From positions 4,912-68,911 of the forward strand of contig MFKV01000007.1 in the NCBI GenBank assembly GCA_001781105.1: a DNA stretch of 64,000 nucleotides, given 5' to 3'. Source of the DNA: Candidatus Kaiserbacteria bacterium RIFCSPHIGHO2_01_FULL_54_36 (GTDB lineage Bacteria; Patescibacteriota; Minisyncoccia; Phycocordibacterales; UBA2100). The position numbers were made by a program, and so were the translations under genes. Positions 28,727-38,036 of the stretch are shown piece by piece; the first letter of the stretch is position 1, and every line of letters begins with the position of its first letter. The notes beneath the pieces were generated by a model. It did no database searches. It saw nothing but the letters and a program-made list of their open reading frames with translations, and was not told where the DNA came from.

Positions 28727-29488
28727 ATGCTTGAGATACTCTTGGCTTCTCTCCTCGTCATGCTCGCGTCGCTCTCGGGCAAGCTTGTCACCTCCCGGCA
28801 TGCGGGGCCTCTCATCGAGCGCAATCTGCATTTTTTTGTAAGTTTCGCGGCCGGCGTCCTTCTCTTCACCATCTACAATCTTTCGTCAGAGATCATTGAA
28901 CACTCCGGATCGCTCGCGACCGGCTTGCCATGGATCGTCGTGGGATCGCTCGTTGTGCTTGTGGCGTTCAGATACCTCCCCGATTTCCACCACCACCATG
29001 ATGTGCAAGCTCCTGATCACGCGCACTCTCGTCTTGATGCCAAACGCATTCTTTTGAGCGATGGCATACACAATATTGGCGACGGAGTGGTTATCGTCGC
29101 CGCTTTCGCTGCCTCTCCGCTTCTTGGGATTGCGAGTACTATAAGCATCCTAGTGCACGAAATGCTCCAAGAAATATCAGAATTCTTCGTCTTGCGGCAA
29201 GCGGGGCTCTCCGTACGGACTGCACTTACCTATAACTTTCTTGTGTCCTCGACCATCCTCATCGGCTCGTTGGGCGGTTATTTTCTTCTTGAGCAATTCG
29301 AGGCTCTCGAAATACCGCTCCTCGGCCTTGCTGCGGGAGCGTACCTCATCGTGGTATTCCATGACCTGATCCCGCATTCGATCAGCACGGCTACCGAATG
29401 GGGGCACTACATGAAGCACATTATTTTTTTCGTGGTCGGGCTCGTTCTCATGGCTGCCCTCATCAATGTTCTTCCGCACGCGGAATAA
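28727..29488 (+). CDS. ZIP family metal (zinc) transporter
   Basis: His-rich loop HHHHD..PDHAH and conserved HNIGDG and HE..QE motifs. Confidence 0.8.
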   Translation: MLEILLASLLVMLASLSGKLVTSRHAGPLIERNLHFFVSFAAGVLLFTIYNLSSEIIEHSGSLATGLPWIVVGSLVVLVAFRYLPDFHHHHDVQAPDHAHSRLDAKRILLSDGIHNIGDGVVIVAAFAASPLLGIASTISILVHEMLQEISEFFVLRQAGLSVRTALTYNFLVSSTILIGSLGGYFLLEQFEALEIPLLGLAAGAYLIVVFHDLIPHSISTATEWGHYMKHIIFFVVGLVLMAALINVLPHAE

Positions 29489-29527
29489 TCCTAGTGTATA
29501 AGGGAAGAAGGAGAGCCAAATATTTTT

Positions 29528-30067
29528 TCAAGCTTTAGTGTACACAACCCCAGCTCCAGTTTTGCCGACTCTCCTTACCCGTCCTTCTTTCACGAGGATC
29601 GAGAGGTAGCGTGTAGCCGTTGCATCCGAGACGTGCAAAAGTTTCTCGACATCGTTGTTGGTTACTTGTGGTGAGCTTGTCGAACCATCCTGTTTCTTCT
29701 CTTCGAACATCGCCATGATCCTATCGAGCTTCTTTTGTTTCCGCTCCTGAGTTTTCGCATGGCCTTTCATGAGCAGCTCACGGTTGCGAGTAATGGCGGG
29801 AGTTGAAGCACTCGTTGGCGGAGTGGTAGGCGGCTCCTGCGGTGGGGTAAACGGCTCAGTCTGGATACTCAACGGCTCATCGACCGGTCGATGAGCCGTT
29901 CCCACTTCCGGCTGAGCCGTTTTACCCTGAGCATCGTCGATGGGTTGCTCCGCTGGCTCTGCCGGGGCTTCCTGTGACGGCGTTGCTGGCTCCGACGCGC
30001 CTTGCCCTTCCGTAGCCTCGGGCGAAGGAGGGGTTGCAGCGGGCTGCGATGTATCGTCGTCGGCCAT
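29528..30067 (-). CDS. DNA-binding protein with a Pro/Ala/Glu-rich disordered N-terminus and a C-terminal winged HTH
   Basis: C-terminal VEKLLHVSDATATRYLSILVKEGRVRRVG HTH. Start ambiguous. Confidence 0.5.
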   Translation of the reverse strand: MADDDTSQPAATPPSPEATEGQGASEPATPSQEAPAEPAEQPIDDAQGKTAQPEVGTAHRPVDEPLSIQTEPFTPPQEPPTTPPTSASTPAITRNRELLMKGHAKTQERKQKKLDRIMAMFEEKKQDGSTSSPQVTNNDVEKLLHVSDATATRYLSILVKEGRVRRVGKTGAGVVYTKA

Positions 30068-30220
30068 GACTCAATTCTAACTCGTTAGTTGGCGTACGCG
30101 GTAAGTGTTCAGACATTGTTGCACATTTGACAAAGAGATAGCCGCCACAGCATAGTACGTCGGGCTAATACGTGTTCTCTATCAGCTTGAGTAAGTTCAA
30201 CCAGCGAAGGGAGTCCGATC

Positions 30221-31540
30221 ATGGACCAAGCGATTACGCCTCGGGAGATGTTCGACCTCCCGAATACGGCTCTGCGCTTCCTCTTTGACGAGAGGCAGGC
30301 GCAGACAAGTGCGGTGCTCCTCTTACAATGGTGCATCGACACTGACGCAATGCAGTACCTGCGTGAGCATCAAATCGACGATCCGCTTCTCGTCATCACC
30401 GTCGTCAGTCCGAACGGGAAAGAGAACCGGCAGATCGTCCAGCTCTCGCAGATGCAAGTGATGCTCCAGTTCCATCGGTCCGGCGTTCACAAGATCCTGG
30501 GCCGGATCCTCTGGGGTGTCGACGCGAAGCAGAAGAAGGAAATCCTGAAGTGGTATCGACGGGGCGAATACGAAATGCACCTTGACGCCATCAAGGATCG
30601 CGAAGCCGCGCTCGGCAACGCCGAACTCGAAGTCGACGTGCCGCCCGATTTCTTCGCGAAGGAGCTATCGGCGTGGCACCAGTGGTGGCTCACCCTTTGG
30701 CTCGGCGAGCTCTGGGACGAGTGCAACATGCGTCGGCGATTCGCGTTCGCCTATTTCGTCCAAGGCCCGCTGGTCCTCATCTGGGTCGTCTTCAACTGCT
30801 TCTTCCGCCTCATCGTGGCAGCGAGCCTGACCGGCCTGTTGCTGCAACGGAAGGTGCATTGGGAGGCGGTGCTTCACCCGTTCCAGCACGACTTCGACTG
30901 GGTTTGGGGCGGCGAGTATCACTACGGCCGCACGAAGCAAGACCGAAGCGTCGGCTCACTCATCCGATACGACGACGCCGGACATGAGCGGCACAAGTCG
31001 GCGTGGATCGCCTGGTTGATTTTCCCTCCCATCCACCTGGCGCTTCTGGTCATTGCGGTGCTGTTTTCGCGGTTCCGCGACGTTCCGATTACCGAGAGTG
31101 TGAGCGGAACGTACACGGTGACGACCCTCTTTGCGGTGTCAGTGACGGCTATAATCGGCATCATCGTGCTCGTTCTCGCCGTCGGTGGAGCGGTTCTCAG
31201 TCCGGTGCTCGAACGACGAGCTGCGGAGCGTCAACGAGACCGCGAAGGAAAACAGAAACCCTACGTCCCGAAGCCGCCGAATCGTTTCTACCTGTGGCTG
31301 CAACGCGTCGGCAAGGTAATTTGGACGTTCCTCTACGGCCCGTTCAAGGCATACGGGGAACACCTGGCACATGCCGCCGACGAACGCAGACGGTTGCTGT
31401 ACGAGGAACTCGCGTGCACGAATGCGCCTGAACACGGCATCCGTCCCATGACTTCGATGACGTTCTCGATTTCACGGGCTCGGCGTCTGCTCTACCAGGA
31501 GGTGAAGGCGAAAATCTGCAAGCCAGTGGCCCGAGGCTGA
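30221..31540 (+). CDS. hypothetical polytopic membrane protein with no recognisable domain and atypical codon usage
   Basis: About 170-aa soluble N-domain, then at least 3 TM helices and a basic C-tail. C-ending codons clearly enriched relative to neighbours. Confidence 0.5.
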   Translation: MDQAITPREMFDLPNTALRFLFDERQAQTSAVLLLQWCIDTDAMQYLREHQIDDPLLVITVVSPNGKENRQIVQLSQMQVMLQFHRSGVHKILGRILWGVDAKQKKEILKWYRRGEYEMHLDAIKDREAALGNAELEVDVPPDFFAKELSAWHQWWLTLWLGELWDECNMRRRFAFAYFVQGPLVLIWVVFNCFFRLIVAASLTGLLLQRKVHWEAVLHPFQHDFDWVWGGEYHYGRTKQDRSVGSLIRYDDAGHERHKSAWIAWLIFPPIHLALLVIAVLFSRFRDVPITESVSGTYTVTTLFAVSVTAIIGIIVLVLAVGGAVLSPVLERRAAERQRDREGKQKPYVPKPPNRFYLWLQRVGKVIWTFLYGPFKAYGEHLAHAADERRRLLYEELACTNAPEHGIRPMTSMTFSISRARRLLYQEVKAKICKPVARG

Positions 31541-31568
31541 CGGACCATTCACGATCTTTCCAAGTGGT

Positions 31569-31602
31569 GCCGCGCCGGACATTTCCGGCGCGGTTTTCTT
31601 TA
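31569..31602 (+). terminator. intrinsic terminator GCCGCGCCGGA-cattt-CCGGCGCGG-TTTTCTTT
   Basis: GC-rich stem plus T-tract. Confidence 0.7.
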
Positions 31603-31636
31603 CTTTCGCTAGAAAACGTTGTAAGGTGCGGCCCTT

Positions 31637-32587
31637 ATGGCAGCCTCAGCTATCGCAGTACAGAACATCCAGAAATCATACGGTAATGTCCATGCGTTGC
31701 GCGGAATTGATCTCGAAGTAGAGAAAGGTACCATTCTCGGCCTCCTCGGGCCCAATGGCGCGGGCAAGACCACCTTGGTGCGTATCCTCACGACCTTGCT
31801 GCAGCCAAGCGGCGGAAGTGCATGGGTAGAGAGTTTTAATGTCGTCAAAGATGCGGCATATGTGCGCCAGCTCATCGGTCTCGCTGGCCAGTATGCGGCA
31901 GTCGATGAAAACCTGACTGGACGAGAGAATTTGATAATGGTAGGGAAGCTTTACCATCAAACGCTTCGCGAGGCGGCGGCGCGGGCGCACGAGCTCCTCG
32001 TGCAATTCGGCCTCGAAGACGCTGCTGATCGCAGGCTCAAGACCTACTCCGGTGGCATGCGCCGCCGCCTCGACCTCGCAGCATCATTAGTCAACAAGCC
32101 GCCCGTGCTTTTTCTTGACGAGCCAACGACCGGCCTTGACCCCGGCAGCCGGCTTGCACTCTGGAAAATAATCCGCGACCTGGTGCGCGACGGCACAACG
32201 GTACTCCTCACAACGCAATACATGGAAGAGGCTGATCATTTGGCAGATCGGATCATCGTGATCGACAAAGGAAAGATCGTCGGGAGTGGCACGCCAGCGG
32301 AGCTCAAAAGAATGGTCGGAGGCGACGTCCTTGAGATCCACCTCGTTGATCCATCACGCACAGCAGACGCTGCGATCGCGTTGCGCTCGCTTGAGAACGG
32401 AGCGATCGAAATTGATGCCGAGCAGGGGATCCTCAGGATGCCTGTCGAAGACGGGACGGGAACCTTGCCCAAGGCGATCCGCGCGCTCGATATTTCGCAC
32501 ATTGCGATCGTAGACCTCTCGCTTCGTCGACCGACGCTTGATGAAGCTTTCTTGAAACTGACCGGCCACCGCGCCGACATGATGTAA
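31637..32587 (+). CDS. ABC transporter ATP-binding protein (DrrA-like)
   Basis: Walker A GPNGAGKTT, signature LSGGMRRRL, Walker B LLFLDEPT. Confidence 0.9.
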   Translation: MAASAIAVQNIQKSYGNVHALRGIDLEVEKGTILGLLGPNGAGKTTLVRILTTLLQPSGGSAWVESFNVVKDAAYVRQLIGLAGQYAAVDENLTGRENLIMVGKLYHQTLREAAARAHELLVQFGLEDAADRRLKTYSGGMRRRLDLAASLVNKPPVLFLDEPTTGLDPGSRLALWKIIRDLVRDGTTVLLTTQYMEEADHLADRIIVIDKGKIVGSGTPAELKRMVGGDVLEIHLVDPSRTADAAIALRSLENGAIEIDAEQGILRMPVEDGTGTLPKAIRALDISHIAIVDLSLRRPTLDEAFLKLTGHRADMM

Positions 32588-32589
32588 AT

Positions 32590-32725
32590 ATGCCCGGCAG
32601 GACAATTTCGAATTGCTTTGTATGAATATTCATCAACGTATGAAAGAAAGACTAACCAATGATTTTTGCAAAACGTTCGCAGTTGAAACTGCAGCAGGAA
32701 TTATTCGAAATTGTACTAGCCGGGT
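32590..32725 (+). mobile_element. MITE-like intergenic repeat, copy 1 (136 nt, imperfect ~22-nt terminal inverted repeats)
   Basis: Starts ATGCCCGGCAGGACAATTTCGAAT 2 nt after the ABC ATPase stop. Ends ATTCGAAATTGTACTAGCCGGGT, immediately followed by the permease ATG. Confidence 0.7.
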
Positions 32726-33526
32726 ATGAACAAGCAACTGAAACGCTGGAACCCATGGTGGACACTTACTGACCTCCTCACGATGGTGGAGCGCAACATC
32801 ACCGGCTATCGCCGGGTGCCGCAGCTCCTTATCTTTTCTACCATTCAGCCAGTCATGTTCCTTTTGCTTTTTACCTATGTCTTCGGAGGCGCGATCCGCA
32901 CCGGCGGGAGTAGCTCGTACATCAATTATCTTTTGCCTGGTATCCTTGCGCAAAGTGCGGTCTTCGGAGCGATACAGACGGGTGTGGGCCTCACCGTGGA
33001 TCTCTCACGGGGACTCATCGATCGTTTCCGCTCGCTGCCGATGGCACGAAGTGCCGTCCTTTTGGGCCGCACGATCGCAGACATGCTGCGTAATGTGTTC
33101 GTGATACTCCTCATGCTCCTCGTGGGCTACCTGATAGGTTTTCGACTGGAAGGTACGATTTCAGACGCCGTCTCTGCGATCGCGATCCTGCTTCTCTTTG
33201 GTTTTGCCTTCTCCTGGGTCTCGGCCTGCATCGGCATGGTCGTCAAGAATACAGAGACAGCACAGGTCGCCGGATTCATCTGGGTATTCCCACTCGTTTT
33301 CGCAAGCGCCGTTTTCGTCCCCGTCGAATCTATGCCCGACTGGTTGCAGCATTTTGCAAAGTGGAATCCGGTGACGATCACAGTGAATGTAGTGCGCGCG
33401 CTTCTTCTAGATTCTTCGAGCGCGCAAGACACCGCCACGTACGCGTGGGAAGCACTTGCCTGGATCGCGGTCATACTCATCGTCTTCATGCCTTTGGCAA
33501 TTTGGCTGTATCGCAAAAGTGAATAA
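32726..33526 (+). CDS. ABC-2 type transporter permease
   Basis: Six TM segments and ABC-2 family architecture, directly downstream of the ATPase. Confidence 0.8.
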   Translation: MNKQLKRWNPWWTLTDLLTMVERNITGYRRVPQLLIFSTIQPVMFLLLFTYVFGGAIRTGGSSSYINYLLPGILAQSAVFGAIQTGVGLTVDLSRGLIDRFRSLPMARSAVLLGRTIADMLRNVFVILLMLLVGYLIGFRLEGTISDAVSAIAILLLFGFAFSWVSACIGMVVKNTETAQVAGFIWVFPLVFASAVFVPVESMPDWLQHFAKWNPVTITVNVVRALLLDSSSAQDTATYAWEALAWIAVILIVFMPLAIWLYRKSE

Positions 33527-33669
33527 GCCGGGTGTGCCCGGCAGGACAATTTAGCATAGCTTTTGTCGTGGCCTAGTTCGTACAGCGTTATATCTATTTC
33601 GGTCTCCGGAAATGTAACGTACCGCGAATATCCTGCAGCAGAGACCATGCCAAATTGTACTAGCCGGGT
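33527..33669 (+). mobile_element. MITE-like intergenic repeat, copy 2 (diverged interior, conserved ends)
   Basis: Begins immediately after the permease stop with GCCGGGTGTG-CCCGGCAGGACAATTT. Ends CCAAATTGTACTAGCCGGGT followed by GTG. Confidence 0.6.
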
Positions 33670-33718
33670 GTGCATACTGCCGTTCCCAACAGGGGGGCAG
33701 TTTGGTATTCTTCAGCCC

Positions 33719-33925
33719 ATGTCAGATGACGAGTATCAGGACGATCCCACGCTCCCGCGATTTATAAATAGATTCATCGGCCTCTCCGAGCGCCTGCTCG
33801 CCTCACAAAAGAGCGCCAACCTCTTGATCATCGTGCTTATCCTTCTCACCATTATTCCGGCATTCGGCGTTGGCATACTCGTGACGCGTCTGGCGGCACC
33901 TCACCCAACACAACAATCCAATTAA
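33719..33925 (+). CDS. possible small single-TM protein
   Basis: MSDDEY...LLIIVLILLTIIPAFGVGILV. Weak RBS. Confidence 0.3.
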   Translation: MSDDEYQDDPTLPRFINRFIGLSERLLASQKSANLLIIVLILLTIIPAFGVGILVTRLAAPHPTQQSN

Positions 33926-33968
33926 TTCGGTTCACCATTGTGCGCAGGATTTGGTATCATGAAGCCTC

Positions 33969-35435
33969 ATGTCGGAGCAGGATATACGCGCTGAGCGGCT
34001 GAAGAAGCTCGAACTTCTGAAGGAGGCGGGCATGGAGGCATACCCGACTTCAACCGCGCGCGACGCTTCCATCGCGGATTTTTTGAGCGTTTTCAAGGAA
34101 TTAGAAACAAGCGGCCGGCAATCAGTGATTGCCGGCCGCGTCATGTCTTTGCGCGGGCAGGGCGGTATTACATTTGTTGACCTCTTTGATGGAACAGGTA
34201 AAGTCCAACTTGTTCTCCAAAAGTCCAAATCCGATGAGGTGACACCTCATCGGTTCCAACTGTTTGTAGATGTCGTTGATATGGGAGATCTTATCGAAGC
34301 CGCTGGTGTTGCGTACGTCACGAAGCGCGGAGAGCAATCACTTAAAGTACAGGAGTGGAAAATGCTTGCAAAGTCCCTGTTGCCGATCCCGACAGAGCAT
34401 TTTGGTATCAAAGACGAAGAACTGATCCTGCGCCAGCGATACCTCGACATTCTTCTCAACGAAGACGTGCGCAAAATGTTCGAACGCCGCGCGCGATTCT
34501 GGCAGGCGGCACGAGAGTTCTATCTCTCTCGGGGATTTCTCGAGGTCGAGACGCCGGTTCTCGAAACGACGCCAGGCGGCGCCGACGCGCGTCCATTCAA
34601 GACGCACCACCACGCACTCGATATCGATGTGTACCTGCGCATTTCCGTAGGCGAGCTATGGCAGAAAAAACTCCTCATCGCTGGATTTCCGAAAGTATTC
34701 GAGATCGGGCGCGTATTCCGCAACGAAGGCCAATCCCGCGAGCACTTGCAGGATTACACACAACTTGAATCATATGAGGCATATGCTGATGCGAAAGCAG
34801 GGATAGAATTCCTCAAAGAGTTCTATCGGTATATTGTGAAAGAAACGTACGGGCAGTACACTTTCAAGATAGGCGAGCACGAAGGTGATTTTGCAGCAGA
34901 GTGGCCATCCATTGATTTTTGCGAAACGATACAAAAGGAGTACGGCATAGACCCGGTTACCGTTTCTGAGGACGACGCCATTGCCGCGGCGAAGAGTGCG
35001 GGCGTGCAATTCGGCGAAGCGCCAAATAAACTGCGAGCATTAGACGGATTATGGAAACTCATACGCAAGAAGATCTCTGGCCCGGCATTTCTGACTGGCG
35101 TACCGGTATTCCTCGAGCCTCTGGCAAAGCGCGTTCCAAGCAATCCAAATATCGTGGATCGTATTCAGGTGATCCTCGCTGGCTCCGAAATGGGGAAGGG
35201 GTACAGTGAGCTCAACGACCCGCAGGATCAACGCGCGCGCTTCGAGGAGCAGCAGAAACTGCGCGACGCGGGCGACGACGAAGCGCAGCGCCTCGACGAG
35301 GATTACATTCGGGCGATGGAGTACGGCATGCCGCCAGCTTTCGGTTTCGGCGTCTCTGAGCGACTTTTCTCGTTCCTCGAAAATCGCCCGGCCCACGAGG
35401 CGCAACTGTTCCCACTTGTACGCCCGAAAAAGTAG
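33969..35435 (+). CDS. lysS: lysine--tRNA ligase (class II)
   Basis: N-terminal OB-fold anticodon-binding domain and class II motifs (motif 2 FRNEG, motif 3 GFGxGxxRL). Confidence 0.9.
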   Translation: MSEQDIRAERLKKLELLKEAGMEAYPTSTARDASIADFLSVFKELETSGRQSVIAGRVMSLRGQGGITFVDLFDGTGKVQLVLQKSKSDEVTPHRFQLFVDVVDMGDLIEAAGVAYVTKRGEQSLKVQEWKMLAKSLLPIPTEHFGIKDEELILRQRYLDILLNEDVRKMFERRARFWQAAREFYLSRGFLEVETPVLETTPGGADARPFKTHHHALDIDVYLRISVGELWQKKLLIAGFPKVFEIGRVFRNEGQSREHLQDYTQLESYEAYADAKAGIEFLKEFYRYIVKETYGQYTFKIGEHEGDFAAEWPSIDFCETIQKEYGIDPVTVSEDDAIAAAKSAGVQFGEAPNKLRALDGLWKLIRKKISGPAFLTGVPVFLEPLAKRVPSNPNIVDRIQVILAGSEMGKGYSELNDPQDQRARFEEQQKLRDAGDDEAQRLDEDYIRAMEYGMPPAFGFGVSERLFSFLENRPAHEAQLFPLVRPKK

Positions 35436-35501
35436 CATTGGCACTATTAAATCGATGATGCTATAGTCGCGTTCGTTGCGAGTAGTGTAGGAGTACGCAA
35501 A

Positions 35502-35702
35502 ATGAGCGAAGGATTTCGTGAAGATACGTCGGTAGAAGGGCCCTGCAAGCGTTGCGGAGATGCTGCGCTTAAGGATATGGGTTCTGTGATCCAATGTGGG
35601 GCATGCTTCTCTCTTGTGTGCCTCTCGCCCCTGGAACTTTCTTTGATGGGCGGACGATGGTCGGACGACAATGGAACACCGCCCACGCCCGTAGCGACCT
35701 GA
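35502..35702 (+). CDS. small zinc-ribbon-like protein
   Basis: CKRCG...CGAC motifs. AGGAG RBS 8 nt upstream. A GC hairpin follows at 35701..35725. Confidence 0.45.
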   Translation: MSEGFREDTSVEGPCKRCGDAALKDMGSVIQCGACFSLVCLSPLELSLMGGRWSDDNGTPPTPVAT

Positions 35703-35738
35703 GCCCGCAGCGCAGCTGCGGGCTCAGCACTTATTGAT

Positions 35739-36293
35739 ATGATGTACCTCATGGCCACAGCAATTTTTGGAGGGGGATGTTTTTGGTGTACAGAGGCTGT
35801 ATTTCAGATGCTTAAGGGGGTAGAGAAAGTTGAATCTGGATACGCAGGTGGTTCGACAAGCTCACCACAAGCGGCACCGACGTATGAGCAGGTTAGCTCA
35901 GGAACAACAGGACATGCGGAAGTCATTCGCGTGACGTACGATCCCGCAGTTATTTCATACGAAGATCTGCTCACCGTTTTTTTCGGATCGCACGACCCGA
36001 CGACGCCGAATAGACAGGGCGCTGATGTAGGGGAGCAATACCGGTCCGTAATTTTCTACTCCGATGAACAGGAGAGGCAAGAGGCAGAAGCCAAGATAAA
36101 AGAGATACAGGACAGTCTGACTGACGGTACTCGAGTGGTAACTCAAGTTGTTCCGCTAGAGAAGTTCTTCCCTGCGGAGTCGTACCATCAGAATTACTAC
36201 AAATCCAACACATCGGCACCCTACTGTCAGCTCATCATCGAGCCAAAGATCGAAAAAGTGCGAAAGCGATTTTCCGAACTTGTAAAACAGTAA
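35739..36293 (+). CDS. msrA: peptide-methionine (S)-S-oxide reductase
   Basis: GGGCFWC active-site motif. Confidence 0.9.
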   Translation: MMYLMATAIFGGGCFWCTEAVFQMLKGVEKVESGYAGGSTSSPQAAPTYEQVSSGTTGHAEVIRVTYDPAVISYEDLLTVFFGSHDPTTPNRQGADVGEQYRSVIFYSDEQERQEAEAKIKEIQDSLTDGTRVVTQVVPLEKFFPAESYHQNYYKSNTSAPYCQLIIEPKIEKVRKRFSELVKQ

Positions 36294-36300
36294 TCCTCAT

Positions 36301-36332
36301 CCCGATACTTCACGAGATCGTGAAGTATCGGG
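36301..36332. terminator. perfect 15-bp-arm palindrome CCCGATACTTCACGA-g-TCGTGAAGTATCGGG after msrA
   Basis: Seen directly. Weak T-run follows. Confidence 0.5.
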
Positions 36333-36345
36333 ATTCCTGAAAAAC

Positions 36346-36735
36346 ATGAAGCGTATTGATTTCGAAAAGTTAGTTGCTGAAGGATTCGAGCGCCTGCCCG
36401 AGTGGGTGCGGGAGAAGATAAAGAACGTTGCGCTTTTGGTGGAGGATGAGCCGGCGGGGGAAGATCGCAAGGCAGAAGGGCTTTCGGACGATGAAACACT
36501 ACTGGGGCTCTACAAAGGTATTCCGCTTTCTGCGCGCGGCGATATGTACGGCGTCGGGATGACTATGCCCGATACGATCACGCTCTACCAAATTCCTATC
36601 GAGGAGGCGGCACAAGAAGACGGCAAGGACGTTCGCGATGTCGTCGCCGAGACGATCTGGCACGAATTCGCGCATCATTTTGGTATGGATGAGGGGGAGG
36701 TGAGGGAGCGCGAGCAAAAGCGGGACACGGAGTAG
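36346..36735 (+). CDS. zincin-like metallopeptidase-fold protein (DUF1025-type)
   Basis: HEFAHHFG zinc-binding motif in a 129-aa protein. Confidence 0.65.
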   Translation: MKRIDFEKLVAEGFERLPEWVREKIKNVALLVEDEPAGEDRKAEGLSDDETLLGLYKGIPLSARGDMYGVGMTMPDTITLYQIPIEEAAQEDGKDVRDVVAETIWHEFAHHFGMDEGEVREREQKRDTE

Positions 36736-36747
36736 CGTGGTATAAAG

Positions 36748-38004
36748 GTGGATATGGCAAAATTGTCGGAAATACTGAAGTCGCGCGGTTACATCTATCA
36801 ACACTCTTCCGAGAAACTTTCGGAGATTACCGACGGCGACAAACGGACCGTTTACTTGGGTGTGGATCCGACCGCCGATTCTATACATGTCGGTAACCTG
36901 GCCGTCTATATGCTTTTGCGCCGATTCGCCGAAGCAGGTCACAAAATTATCCTCCTCATCGGCGGGGGGACGGCGCTCGTCGGGGACCCTAAGCCCGACG
37001 CCGAGCGAGCCTTGAATGATGCGTCGGTCGTTGCAGCCCGCGCACAGATGCTGCAGTCGCAAGCCGAGAAACTTCTTGGGGGGGTAGAAGTCAGGGTCGT
37101 CAATAATGCGGATTGGCTCACACAGCTCAATCTTATGGAATTTCTCCGCGACACGGGCAAGCACTTCACCGTCAACAACCTCATAAAGAAAGATGCCATC
37201 AGTGCCCGCATGAAAAGCGACGAAGGGATCTCATACACGGAATTCTCGTATCCGCTTTTGCAGGCCTACGACTATTGGCATCTGTATGATCAGTATGGTT
37301 GCGATGTGCAGATAGGCGGCTCCGACCAGTGGGGCAACATCGTCGCCGGCGTGGATCTCATTCGCCGCAAGGAGAACGCGACCGTCTTTGCGCTCTCGTG
37401 CCCCTTGGTCCTCGATAAAGCTACAGGGAAAAAATTTGGCAAAAGCGAGGACAACGCAGTGTGGATAGATCCGAAGATGACCTCTCCGTATGCCTTCTAC
37501 CAGTTCTGGCTCAATGCGAGCGACGAGAGCGTCGAAGACTACCTTAAGCTCTTTACGCTGCTCGAGGACATGGAGGTCGCCGCGATCATGGAGCTGCAAA
37601 AACGCGATGCCAAGGAACGCCACGCGCAAAAGACACTCGCGCGCGAAGTGACTACGCTTGTGCATGGCACTGATGAAGCGGCAAAAGCCGAGCGCGTCAC
37701 ACAAGTGCTTTTCGGCGAAGCGAGCCTAGCGGAATTGGACAAAGAAGGTACTGCCACATTGAAAGCAGCGGCTCCAACGTGCATGGTGAAAGCAGGAGCG
37801 CTTGTCGCCGACGCTCTGATAGTGAGCAAGCTTGCGACCTCCAAGCGCGAGGCGAAGCAATTTCTCAAAGACAGGGCAGTCATTTTGAATGCCGAAGTGA
37901 TCGCGGATGACAAAAGAAAGCTCGAGGCAAGTGATTTCCACATGGGGCTCGCGCTCCTAAAGCGCGGCAAGCGCAATGTGTGCGTGTTGCAACTAGAAAA
38001 CTAG
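36748..38004 (+). CDS. tyrS: tyrosine--tRNA ligase
   Basis: HIGH motif HVGN, KMSKS variant KFGKS, C-terminal S4-like domain. Confidence 0.9.
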   Translation: MDMAKLSEILKSRGYIYQHSSEKLSEITDGDKRTVYLGVDPTADSIHVGNLAVYMLLRRFAEAGHKIILLIGGGTALVGDPKPDAERALNDASVVAARAQMLQSQAEKLLGGVEVRVVNNADWLTQLNLMEFLRDTGKHFTVNNLIKKDAISARMKSDEGISYTEFSYPLLQAYDYWHLYDQYGCDVQIGGSDQWGNIVAGVDLIRRKENATVFALSCPLVLDKATGKKFGKSEDNAVWIDPKMTSPYAFYQFWLNASDESVEDYLKLFTLLEDMEVAAIMELQKRDAKERHAQKTLAREVTTLVHGTDEAAKAERVTQVLFGEASLAELDKEGTATLKAAAPTCMVKAGALVADALIVSKLATSKREAKQFLKDRAVILNAEVIADDKRKLEASDFHMGLALLKRGKRNVCVLQLEN

Positions 38005-38036
38005 TAAGAGAAGTAGAAAAAGAGTAAAGTAGGCAA

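Noticed and set aside
32633-32953. Track ORFs sharing the peptide HTRLVQFRIIPAA (also 33127..33675 and 55361..55555, minus strand)
   Set aside because: They are translations of the MITE-like repeat, so the shared peptide reflects the repeated DNA rather than a protein family.
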